This document shows positions 30,372 to 39,672 of a stretch of 64,000 nucleotides of DNA, one piece after another. The first letter of the stretch is position 1. Every line of letters starts with the position of its first letter. The notes under the pieces are model-generated. The model searched no databases, was not told where the DNA came from, and saw nothing but the letters and a program-made list of their open reading frames with translations. The DNA comes from Desulfobacterales bacterium. GTDB lineage: Bacteria; Desulfobacterota; Desulfobacteria; Desulfobacterales; UBA5852. The translations under genes were made by a program, and so were the position numbers. Location: positions 832,001 through 896,000 of the forward strand of contig CAXXVS010000003.1 of assembly GCA_963674755.2 (NCBI GenBank). Direction: 5' to 3'.

Positions 30372-30908
30372 ATGACATTTGTCGGTCACAGTCTGGTGGG
30401 GGCCTCCCTGGCCCAGGCCGCCATCCCGGCCGGTGCTTCCCGGAAACAATGGTGGTTTATCGTCCATCTCTTCGTGCTGCTGGCCTACCTTCCTGACCTG
30501 CCCTTCCCGGGGTGGGGGCACAACCGCTATTTTTTCAGTCACAGCCTGTTTGTCAATTTGCTTCTGATGATCCCCATGGCGGCCCTGGCCTGCTATGCCG
30601 TGTTCCGCCAAGGGAGACCCGGTTATGCTTTAGTGGCCTGGGCGGCAGTGGCCTGGCTCAGTCATTTTCCCCTGGATGCCCTCTACAACCACGGTCGGGG
30701 CATTGCCATCTACTGGCCCTTTTCAGACGCGGTTTTAAACTTGCCCCTGCCCTGGTTTGCCACCCTGGATATGCGCCAACCGCTGACCGCCGCCCATAAC
30801 GTCAGGGTCTTTCGGGTGGAAGCCCTGGCTTACCTGCCGTTGTTCGGCGCGGCCCTGCTGGGGCGCATGGCGTGGCTGCGATGGCGCAAGCCGTTCGGTA
30901 CCCCCTGA
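30372..30908 (+). CDS. Membrane-bound metal-dependent hydrolase (YdjM-like)
   Basis: GHSLVG, LPDL, FSHSL, SHFPLD, YWPF motifs. Confidence 0.8.
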   Translation: MTFVGHSLVGASLAQAAIPAGASRKQWWFIVHLFVLLAYLPDLPFPGWGHNRYFFSHSLFVNLLLMIPMAALACYAVFRQGRPGYALVAWAAVAWLSHFPLDALYNHGRGIAIYWPFSDAVLNLPLPWFATLDMRQPLTAAHNVRVFRVEALAYLPLFGAALLGRMAWLRWRKPFGTP

Positions 30909-31086
30909 AGCCAGACCGCCGGACTTCGGTATCTGAGATCCGAATCGAAGCAGGCCCCGCATCCAATCCTGGCATTGCATCCCTTAAGCAGGCCATGATA
31001 GGAAAAACGTTTGCCGGGAAAAGACACGCCTAACAGATGACACGCCAATTCGACACTGACGACTGCGGAGTGAAAGGGGACTGGAT

Positions 31087-32061
31087 ATGAGAATGCGCGT
31101 GCAGGACCGGGTTCTGATGTTGATTTGTGTATGCCTGTTGGCGGCAACAAGCGTCCATGCGGAAGACGCGGCCGTGGGTGAAAAGGGCTTCGTGCGGTTA
31201 GATGCGGGCAAAGCCTATGTGAACCTGCCTTCGGAAAAGGCGGTCATCACCGTCTTGGGGCAGCCGTACGGGGAAAGCGCCCATCGCTTCTGGGGAGATA
31301 CCATCGAGGCCGCCGGTGGGTTTTGGCTGCCCGGTCCCGACGGAACGCGCAAGGATGGTCTACGCATCGAGGCGGCCTTCAACTACCTCGCGGTCGACGG
31401 TTCGACCCGCTATTCCTCATCCCTCCCGCTGGGCTTTTTCGCCATCGACGGGTATGGCGACGCCAACGGGACCCTGGGGTTGCTGAACACGGCGGTCATC
31501 GATACACGTTACAAAAAATGGGGCATCGATTTAACGCTGGGCAGGGAAATGGCGATTTCCGAAACGGCATCCCTGTCGGTTTACACGGGGCTTACCTATT
31601 CCAATACGGATCTTTCCAATGACTTCAATCTGCTGGAAGATGGGGTGCCGTTTCCCGTTTATCTTGAGGACGATATCGAGACCGATTACTACGGGGTGCT
31701 GGTCGGGGCGGATGCCATGGTGCCCTTAACCCCCAAACTGCGCCTTGATATTGGCGGACGGGTGGACCTGCTGTATGCGGATGCCGCCATGACCGCATAC
31801 CAGGATCTCTATCCCCCCGTGCTAAGCCTGCGGGTAAGCGACAGCGAAGATAAAATGGCCGGCCGGTTGGAAGCCCACCTTGGCCTCAGTTATGACATGA
31901 CCCCCGTGGTCCTCGCAATGGGCGCCTCGGCCAGCTACCTATCCGACCAACCCTATGCCGAGCATGCCACAACCGATGCCGAGGCCTATAAGCCTTCCCA
32001 TATAGAAGACGGCAGCATGCTGTGTTATCGGTTCAACATTTCCATGCGCATCGGTTTTTAA
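31087..32061 (+). CDS. Probable outer-membrane beta-barrel protein
   Basis: Signal peptide, alternating amphipathic strands, C-terminal ...ISMRIGF. Confidence 0.7.
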   Translation: MRMRVQDRVLMLICVCLLAATSVHAEDAAVGEKGFVRLDAGKAYVNLPSEKAVITVLGQPYGESAHRFWGDTIEAAGGFWLPGPDGTRKDGLRIEAAFNYLAVDGSTRYSSSLPLGFFAIDGYGDANGTLGLLNTAVIDTRYKKWGIDLTLGREMAISETASLSVYTGLTYSNTDLSNDFNLLEDGVPFPVYLEDDIETDYYGVLVGADAMVPLTPKLRLDIGGRVDLLYADAAMTAYQDLYPPVLSLRVSDSEDKMAGRLEAHLGLSYDMTPVVLAMGASASYLSDQPYAEHATTDAEAYKPSHIEDGSMLCYRFNISMRIGF

Positions 32062-32080
32062 CCGCTTAAAGGGACGCACC

Positions 32081-33568
32081 ATGAAAGACCGCATTCGATT
32101 TCGCCCACTGCAGGAGAAAGTCACCGATCCGGCGACGGCCTCGCAGCATATCCAAAACGGCACCAACCTGTTCGTTTCCGGTTTCACGGCCGGTTATCCC
32201 AAACTGATCCCCCAGGCCCTGGTGCAGCGGGCGGCGGCCGGTGAAAAATTTAAAATCAATCTGTTCGCCGGCGCCTCCACCGGGGCTGCGGTGGACGGAA
32301 TTCTTGCCGAGGCGGGCCTGGTGGCCTGGCGGCGTCCCTACATGAGCGACCGCACCATGCGCCGTCAGATCAATGCCGACGTCATCAAGTTCAAAGATGA
32401 TCATCTTTCGCGGCTGGCCGGACAGGTGCGTGCCGGAGACTGGGGCAAGGCGGATGTGGCCGTGGTGGAGGCCGTTGCCGTGACCGAAAAAGGACATCTC
32501 GTCCCCACCATGTCGGTGGGCAACACCCCGACCTATGTCCGGGAAGCTGAAAAGATCATCATCGAAATTTCATCGGAGCCCAGCGAACTGGAGGGGATTC
32601 ACGACATTTTCATCCCGGAGGACCCCCCCTACCGGATGCCCATCCCGATCTACCGCACCGGCGACCGGATCGGGAAGCCCTTCATCGAAATGGACCCCAG
32701 CCGGGTGGTGGCCATCCTTTTCAGCGATGCCGAGGACAGCTGCCCCATTTTCACGGCGCCGGACCCGGGGGCCCGGCAAATAGCCGCCCACATTCTGGAC
32801 TTCGTACGGCATGAAATTCGCAAAGACCGGATGCCGCCGAATTTGCCCTGGCAATCCGGGGTGGGCGATGTGGCCAATGCCGTGCTGAGCGGGTTCATGG
32901 AGGATGACTTCTACCGGGATCTGGATGTTTACTCGGAGGTGCTGCAGGACGCGGTCCTGGACCTGATCGACCTGGGCAAGGTGCGGGCGGCTTCGGGATC
33001 GTCCATGACCCTTTCCCAGCGGGCGCGCACCCGTTTTTTCAAAGAACTCTACCGCTACAAGGAGAAGATCGTCCTGCGGCCGGTGGAGATTTCCAACAGC
33101 CCCGAGGTGATCCGCCGCCTGGGGGTGATCGCCATCAACACCGCCATCGAAGTGGATATTTACGGTCACGTCAATTCCACCCACGTGACCGGCTCCCAGC
33201 TGATGAACGGCATCGGCGGCTCCGGCGATTTCCTGCGCAACGGGGCTCTGACCTTTATCGTGACCCCCAGCACGGCCAAAAATGGCCAGATTTCGGCCAT
33301 CGTTCCCATGGTGTCCCATGTGGACCACAGCGAGCACTCCGTGGATGTGGTGGTGACCGAGCAGGGCCTGGTGGATACGCGGCCGCTGACCCCCCGCCAG
33401 GTGGCCGAACAGGTCATCAAAACCTGCGCCCATCCGGATTACCGTGATCTGCTGTGGGACTACTACCAGCGCGCCATTCACACCCATGGCGGTCATGAGC
33501 CCCATCTGCTGGACGAGGCCTTCGATTTCCACAACCGGTATCTGGCGACGGGTTCCATGAAACCCTGA
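32081..33568 (+). CDS. Succinyl-CoA:acetate CoA-transferase / acetyl-CoA hydrolase family
   Basis: SGFTAGYPK, QSGVGDVANAV, YSEVLQD, MNGIGGSGDF, VSHVDHSEH. Confidence 0.92.
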   Translation: MKDRIRFRPLQEKVTDPATASQHIQNGTNLFVSGFTAGYPKLIPQALVQRAAAGEKFKINLFAGASTGAAVDGILAEAGLVAWRRPYMSDRTMRRQINADVIKFKDDHLSRLAGQVRAGDWGKADVAVVEAVAVTEKGHLVPTMSVGNTPTYVREAEKIIIEISSEPSELEGIHDIFIPEDPPYRMPIPIYRTGDRIGKPFIEMDPSRVVAILFSDAEDSCPIFTAPDPGARQIAAHILDFVRHEIRKDRMPPNLPWQSGVGDVANAVLSGFMEDDFYRDLDVYSEVLQDAVLDLIDLGKVRAASGSSMTLSQRARTRFFKELYRYKEKIVLRPVEISNSPEVIRRLGVIAINTAIEVDIYGHVNSTHVTGSQLMNGIGGSGDFLRNGALTFIVTPSTAKNGQISAIVPMVSHVDHSEHSVDVVVTEQGLVDTRPLTPRQVAEQVIKTCAHPDYRDLLWDYYQRAIHTHGGHEPHLLDEAFDFHNRYLATGSMKP

Positions 33569-33689
33569 CGGCTAAGGAAAACGCCCAATATTTGCGTTGT
33601 GCTGCATACCTCGTCACTGCAGCGTACTGGCGTACGCTTCATTCCTCGGCATTCGCACGCCTTGATCTTGGACGTTTTCCTTAGCCGTC
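33567..33689. repeat. 123-bp palindromic element (MITE/REP-like), copy A
   Basis: Terminal inverted repeat GACGGCTAAGGAAAACGCCCAA / TTGGACGTTTTCCTTAGCCGTC; internal TCGTCACTGCAGCGTAC..GTACGC; related copy at 59140. Confidence 0.85.
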
Positions 33690-33862
33690 CTTTTACGTGA
33701 CAAGTGTGCTTCCTTTCCTACCAGGACAGTTTTTACTGAATCATATCGACACATATCGTTACGGTGGGATATTTGGATGTGAATGCATTTGTTTGGGGGG
33801 GAGTACAACGAAGCATCCCGGCCGGAGGGATATTGATGCGGATCGGCGGTGTCGAAAGTGAG

Positions 33863-36523
33863 TTACGACGTCGGGTCGTCGAGGATGCTGCGGATCTTCT
33901 GGGAGAGGGCGTCCAGGGTGAAGGGTTTTTGAATGAACCCGTTGCAGCCGCGCTTGAGAATTTCGGCCGCCTGGCCGTCGATGCTGTAGCCGCTGGACAA
34001 AAGGGCTTTGAGTTCCGGATCGATCGTCTTGAGACGCTCGAAAAGGTCGCGCCCGCTCATGGCCGGCATGATCATGTCGAGAATCACCATGGCAATGGTG
34101 CCTGCCTCGCGGCGGTAGATATCGATGGCGTCCTGCCCCGTGCGGGCGGTCAGCACCCTGTAGCCCAGCCGCTCCAGCATCTGGGTGCCGACGTTTAAGA
34201 TCATCTCTTCGTCGTCCACCAGCAAAAGGGTTTCATTGCCGCTGACGCGTTCCACGGCCGGGCGGGGCTTTTCAATGGCCGGCCGGTCGGAGGCCGGCAG
34301 ATAAATCATGAAGGTGGTGCCCCGGCCCCGATCGCTTTCCACTTCGATGATGCCCTGGTGGTTGGTGATGATGCCGTAGGCCGAGGCCAGCCCCAATCCC
34401 GTGCCGGTGCCCACTTCCTTGGTCGTAAAGAAAGGATCGAAGATGCGCTGTTGGGTTTCGGCGTCCATGCCGATGCCGGTGTCCGCAACGAGGATCCGGA
34501 CATAAGGACCCTGTGCCAGATCGTAAGCGCTGACTTTTTCGGCGGACAGGACGGTTTGGCCGGTTGTAATGGTCAGGGTACCGCCCTGGGGCATGGCCTG
34601 CCAGGCATTGACGAACAGGTTCAGCAGGACCTGCTCCATCTGCCCCTCGTCGGCTTCCACCGTGCACGGCGTGCGGTGCAATTCGGTGCGGATGATGATT
34701 TCCTTCTTGGTACGCCCGAAAAGTTCCACGGTCCTTTCCACGAGTTGGTTGATATCGACCGGCCGGATCTCGTACTTGCCCTCCCGGGCGAATCCCAGCA
34801 GACGATTGGTCAAGGCCACCGCGCGGCTCAGATAGCCCTCGATTTCCCGGAGTTTGCCGGCCAGCGGATCCTGGGCGGCCAGCTCGTCCAGCATGAGGCC
34901 CACGCTGCCCTGGATACCCATCAGCAGGTTGTTGAAGTCGTGCGCGACGCCGCCCGCCAGTGTGCCGACGGCCTCCAGGCGCTGGGCCCGCTGGAGCTGG
35001 GCTTCGGTGCGCCGGCGTTCTTCCTGCAAACGCTTTACTTCGGTGATGTCGGTGGCCATTTCCAGCATCACGTAGCGGCCATCGGACCATTTGATGGCCC
35101 GATCATAGTTGATGAACCATTTTCCGGTGGCGGGATTCCGGGATTCATAGGCGATGGTGCCGCTGGGGCGGCCCTCGGCGTCGAGCAGCTCTTCGAGGCG
35201 GCAGTCGTGGCAGGGGCTATCCAGGCCGCGCAGCGCCTGCCAGCATGTCTTCCCGATGAGATTTTCGCCGTATTGTTCGCGCATATAGCGATTGCAGAAG
35301 AGAATCTCCCGGGTCGCGAAATCCGTCACATGGATGACCGCATCGATCCCGTCCAGGACGGTCAGGAGGGTTTGGTGGGATTCCCGCAGGGCCGCCTCGG
35401 CCCGTAGCCGGTTGGTGATATCCCGGGCCAGCACCAGGACCGCTTGGTCTTCTTTCAACTCGATGATGCCGAGGCGCATCTCCACCGGCAGGGAGGTGCC
35501 GTCCCGGCACAGAAGGTCGGTTTGGCGGGTCAACTGCTTGTGCCCGCGCAATTCGTCCATGCCGGCCGCAAAAGCCTGCCCGCCATAGTGGGAATCCACG
35601 TCCGGGAAACTCAGGCCCAGCAGCGTTTCCCGATCGTAGCCCAGAGCGGTGCAGGCCTGGCGGTTGACATCGATAAACCGGCCGGCCAGGTCGTGTACGA
35701 AAATGGCATCGGCGGCCTGGTTGATCAGGGCGCGAAAGCGCTCCTCGCTTTGGCGCAGGGCGATTTCCACTTCACGGCGTTCGCTGATCTCGCTTTCCAG
35801 GTGACGATTGGCCTCTTCCAGGGAATTCTGGCGTGTGCGAACCTGATTGGCCATGGAACGGAATTTAGACGCGATGGTTTGCATTTCCCGTTGCTTGAAA
35901 GGGGGGAAGGCATGCGAATAGTCGCCTTCGGAAAGCTTTTCGATGCCCTGGATCAGCAGATTGATGGGGTGTCGTAAATAGCGGCGGACGAACAGGCTGG
36001 TAATGATGGTGAGAACGAAAATAATCAGCAGGGTGTTGCGCAGGTTGGACCACAGCAGGGTATGAAGACGCTTTTCATAGGGCCCCGGCGTCAATCCCAC
36101 CTTGACCGTGCCGATCACCCGCTGGTTGAACACGATCGGGCGCTCCATGACGAGCAGGTGGCCCAGCCCCGTTTCATGGGCTTCGAAGAGCACTTGCTGA
36201 TTGGTGGTGTCCTTGACGCGCAGCAGGGCCACCAGGTCGCCCCGCATGAAGGAGTCGGCGATGCGGCGAACGCCCTCCTCGTCCATGGACCAGACGGGCA
36301 GGGCCAGGCTGTCCACGAGGTAGGAGACGTATTCCTCCGCCTTTTCCTGCATCTCGGTGCGGGCGGTGCGGGAGAAATACCAGTAGGTCAACCCATAGAG
36401 CAGGGCCGAAGGCACCAGCACGGCCAGCACCAGGCTGATCGTCAGATCCCGGGTGATCGTACGCGGCATCCATTCTTCGGTTCGCCGGTCTTTAACAGGG
36501 CGCTGGCGTATGTCGTCTTTCAT
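33863..36523 (-). CDS. Hybrid sensor histidine kinase/response regulator (2 TM, HAMP, PAS x2, HisKA, HATPase, REC)
   Basis: AGGVAHDFNNLL H-box, NLFVNA, DTGIGM, FFTTKEVGTGTGLGL, LLVDDE receiver; start may be the downstream ATG (MPRTIT). Confidence 0.95.
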   Translation of the reverse strand: MKDDIRQRPVKDRRTEEWMPRTITRDLTISLVLAVLVPSALLYGLTYWYFSRTARTEMQEKAEEYVSYLVDSLALPVWSMDEEGVRRIADSFMRGDLVALLRVKDTTNQQVLFEAHETGLGHLLVMERPIVFNQRVIGTVKVGLTPGPYEKRLHTLLWSNLRNTLLIIFVLTIITSLFVRRYLRHPINLLIQGIEKLSEGDYSHAFPPFKQREMQTIASKFRSMANQVRTRQNSLEEANRHLESEISERREVEIALRQSEERFRALINQAADAIFVHDLAGRFIDVNRQACTALGYDRETLLGLSFPDVDSHYGGQAFAAGMDELRGHKQLTRQTDLLCRDGTSLPVEMRLGIIELKEDQAVLVLARDITNRLRAEAALRESHQTLLTVLDGIDAVIHVTDFATREILFCNRYMREQYGENLIGKTCWQALRGLDSPCHDCRLEELLDAEGRPSGTIAYESRNPATGKWFINYDRAIKWSDGRYVMLEMATDITEVKRLQEERRRTEAQLQRAQRLEAVGTLAGGVAHDFNNLLMGIQGSVGLMLDELAAQDPLAGKLREIEGYLSRAVALTNRLLGFAREGKYEIRPVDINQLVERTVELFGRTKKEIIIRTELHRTPCTVEADEGQMEQVLLNLFVNAWQAMPQGGTLTITTGQTVLSAEKVSAYDLAQGPYVRILVADTGIGMDAETQQRIFDPFFTTKEVGTGTGLGLASAYGIITNHQGIIEVESDRGRGTTFMIYLPASDRPAIEKPRPAVERVSGNETLLLVDDEEMILNVGTQMLERLGYRVLTARTGQDAIDIYRREAGTIAMVILDMIMPAMSGRDLFERLKTIDPELKALLSSGYSIDGQAAEILKRGCNGFIQKPFTLDALSQKIRSILDDPTS

Positions 36524-36761
36524 GACCGTTCATGTCCCGACAAGTCGATTCGACCGGGAGAGTTGCCACGGATGGAAAGCGATCCAACGCCGCTTGGGCA
36601 AAACCGACCGGCTATAGGATCAATTATCATAAAGCGTTCAAGGGTTCAATTCGCCTTCATTTTTTGAAAGGCGGTATTTAATTCCATGTTGATTTATGGT
36701 TATATGCCCGAAAATCCCCAGGGTAACCGAATACCGCCCGATTTGGGTTGAGGATCTGCGC

Positions 36762-37442
36762 ATGACGACCAAATGCAATAAGCGCCCAGACGCAGCCGCC
36801 TTTTTTGATTTCGACCAGACGTTGCTGGAGGTCGAAAGCGGGCATATGGGCATTCGCATGCTCCGGGAGCGGGGGATGCTGCCGCTGGGGTATTTTCTCA
36901 AGGTGGGGATCGCCAATCTCTTCTATCGGCGGCAGTGGCTGTCCGAAGCGGGAATGGCCCGCATCCTGCTGACGTACTACCGGCGCCGCCGCCTGGCGAC
37001 CTTCGAGGCCACGGCCGAGTCGTTTTACCGGACTTATCTGAAACCCCATCTGGCCCCCCGCCTGCTGGCGCGGCTGGAAGACCATCGGCGGGACGGGCAT
37101 CTGCTGGTATTGATATCGGGTTCGGTGCGCTACATGCTGGAACCGGTGGTGCGCGACCTGAGGTTTCAGCACCTGTTCTGCACCGAGTTGGAGATCGGCC
37201 GGAACGGTCTGATGACGGGCCGCCCCCGGGGTCCGATCTGTGTGGACCGCACCAAACAGGTTTACGCCCGGCAATTGGCGGCGGAAACCGGTATCGATCT
37301 TGGGGCGTCCTTTGCCTACGGCAATCATCAGGCCGATCTGCCCCTATTGGAATCGGTGGGCCATCCCCACGTGGTGGAACCGACCCCGGTCCTGGCGCGC
37401 GTTGCGGCCCGGCGGGACTGGCCGGTACTGACCTTCCGATAG
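36762..37442 (+). CDS. HAD-IB family hydrolase (SerB-like)
   Basis: AAFFDFDQTLL motif I, LISGS, AYGNHQADLPLL. Confidence 0.88.
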   Translation: MTTKCNKRPDAAAFFDFDQTLLEVESGHMGIRMLRERGMLPLGYFLKVGIANLFYRRQWLSEAGMARILLTYYRRRRLATFEATAESFYRTYLKPHLAPRLLARLEDHRRDGHLLVLISGSVRYMLEPVVRDLRFQHLFCTELEIGRNGLMTGRPRGPICVDRTKQVYARQLAAETGIDLGASFAYGNHQADLPLLESVGHPHVVEPTPVLARVAARRDWPVLTFR

Positions 37443-37566
37443 CGTAAGCGGGTGGACGGCACCGGTCGCATCCAGATCCCGACCGTATGCGAGGCTGCCC
37501 TGCATGGGCATGTTCTCTTCATTTATCATGCTGTAATCGTTCACAACTTCATCAAAGGAGGCCCAC

Positions 37567-38004
37567 TTGAAAACCAAACCCGCCTGGATCGTTGTTTTGC
37601 TGCTTCTGCTGACGCTGCCGGTTCTGACCGCCTGCGGCAAGGATAAATATGCCGACGCCCGGGAGATTATGGCGGCGCATGCCGATGTGATGGAGGCCTA
37701 CATCACCGGATTGGAAGAGGCCGCCAGCCCGACGGATTGCGCGGCTGTGATCGATGCCTACACAGCCGGCATGGAGAAACTGATCCCGCGCTTAAAGACC
37801 TTTCGGGAGACCTATCCGGACCTGGCCCGGGAAGGAAGCCAGGATGAAATGCCGCCGGAAATCGCCCAGGAGGCCAAACGCCTTGAAGAGCTGGGCCTCC
37901 GTATGCCCGCCGCCACCATGAACATGATGAAATATATGGCCGATCCCCAGGTCCAGGCCGCGATGGAGCGCATGAGCCAGGCCATGGAAAAGATGGGCAA
38001 TTAG
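37567..38004 (+). CDS. Helical lipoprotein, unknown function
   Basis: AAGGAGG RBS, TTG start, lipobox LTAC. Confidence 0.8.
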   Translation: MKTKPAWIVVLLLLLTLPVLTACGKDKYADAREIMAAHADVMEAYITGLEEAASPTDCAAVIDAYTAGMEKLIPRLKTFRETYPDLAREGSQDEMPPEIAQEAKRLEELGLRMPAATMNMMKYMADPQVQAAMERMSQAMEKMGN

Positions 38005-38224
38005 GCGATTACGAATCGGGGACTTCGCAATCAGGCATACGGCTTTGTAAGACCGGACGGACGTACAAGGAAACCGGTGCTATTGTCGGCGTTCATCTTA
38101 CCAACAGGGCAATATGCCGGTGATGGAATGCGAAACGGTTTTGCTTCGAGAAACGTCCACAGGATCGCCGCGCTACCAATCGAGACGAGCCTGTGAATCC
38201 AGGGGCTATCCATGAAGTGGTTTT

Positions 38225-39619
38225 TTACCCGGTCTTTGACATTCTGCGGATCGAAATCATGGCAATGTCATCGGTCAGATCGCTGCCTTTCAGATGCCTG
38301 AAGACATCTTCGAGTATGGCCTTGATCAAGGGCTTGCCGGGCATCGTGAGATGTTCGATTGACGCATGGATACCGGTTCGGCAGAAACGGTCGCCGCTAT
38401 CGGGGCTGGCATCCGTTACCCCATCCGTAAAACCGAGGAGGGTTTGGCCTTGGTCGAGGCGTGCGGTTCCGGACGTAAAGCGGGCCTCGGACGATATGCC
38501 AATCGCGGGTCCTGTCGGAAGCAATTCGCGCAATACGGTGTTGTCCTTGACGATCATCAGGGGTTCATGGCCGGCATTGACGTATTCCAGTTGGCCGTCA
38601 AATACATTGAGGATGCCGAAAAAGAGCGTTGCGAAAATCCCCTCCTTGCCATGGTGTTTCTCGATGTAATTGTTCAGAAACGACAACGCCCCTTGCGTTC
38701 TGTCCGATAGCGAACCGGGTTTCGCCCTGATCCCCAAAGGTGGGTGCGCCCGGTCTCCACATTCAAAAACGCTTTCCAGGTAGGCGTGGATCAGGCTCCT
38801 GAAAATTCCCATGAAGAGGGCTGCACTGACCCCTTTGTCGCACACGTCGGCAATGATGATGGCCAGATGGGCTTCGTCAATAGGGAAGACATCGTAGAAG
38901 TCCCCGGAGACCTGCTTGGCCGGATAAAAACACGCATCGATCTGCCACCCGGGGATATCCGGCATCTTCTCGGGCAGAAAGGTCCGTTGCATGTGTCGCC
39001 CCTTTTCCAGCTCGGCGCTAAGGGCATTGGAATAGGTCTCGATTTTATCGTTGGCGCTTTCAAGGGCGTGGAAGGCTTCATTTAGGCGTTGATACAGCTT
39101 GGCGTTCTCCAGCACGATGGCGACGTGCACGGCCGTGGCTTTCAATAATTCGGCGGTCGTCGTGTTGAACCGGTGGGGTTCGGAGTGCACCAGAGAAAGA
39201 AGGCCAAACAGGTTGTCTCCTTTCAGGATGGGCGTTACAACGGCTGATCGGGCGGTGTAGGGCTGATCGGAAAGCTGCAGCCAGCGCTCATCCTCCCGCG
39301 TGTCGGCAATCAGTCCCACCTCCCGGTGGCTGACCACCCAGCCGGCCAGGCCCTTGTCCAGGACGGTTCCGACAAGCCGGGCGCTGTCTGCCGGCGATGG
39401 CATTTCACGCATCATGATGCGATCCGTCACCACGCCGTCGCGATCGATCAGAAACAGGCTCCCCTTTTCCGCACCGGTAATCTCCGCCGCCAGATCCACT
39501 GTTTTTTGCAGGGTCGTTTGGAGCATCCCCTCCTCATCGGAGGACCGCGCAAGGTTGATAAAGTGCTGCAGCAGGCGGGTCTGGATCTTGAGCGCGATTT
39601 TTTCGCTGTTGTCATCCAT
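38225..39619 (-). CDS. GAF domain + SpoIIE/PP2C phosphatase (RsbU-like)
   Basis: GAF (KGLAGWV...DERW); VSGDFYD, IADVCDKG, NAGH, FTDGVTD, DDIA. Confidence 0.93.
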   Translation of the reverse strand: MDDNSEKIALKIQTRLLQHFINLARSSDEEGMLQTTLQKTVDLAAEITGAEKGSLFLIDRDGVVTDRIMMREMPSPADSARLVGTVLDKGLAGWVVSHREVGLIADTREDERWLQLSDQPYTARSAVVTPILKGDNLFGLLSLVHSEPHRFNTTTAELLKATAVHVAIVLENAKLYQRLNEAFHALESANDKIETYSNALSAELEKGRHMQRTFLPEKMPDIPGWQIDACFYPAKQVSGDFYDVFPIDEAHLAIIIADVCDKGVSAALFMGIFRSLIHAYLESVFECGDRAHPPLGIRAKPGSLSDRTQGALSFLNNYIEKHHGKEGIFATLFFGILNVFDGQLEYVNAGHEPLMIVKDNTVLRELLPTGPAIGISSEARFTSGTARLDQGQTLLGFTDGVTDASPDSGDRFCRTGIHASIEHLTMPGKPLIKAILEDVFRHLKGSDLTDDIAMISIRRMSKTG

Positions 39620-39672
39620 GGGTGTCCGTCGCTTCATTCCGCCGGTTTGGCGAGGAAGGATGCCGCCGGGAT

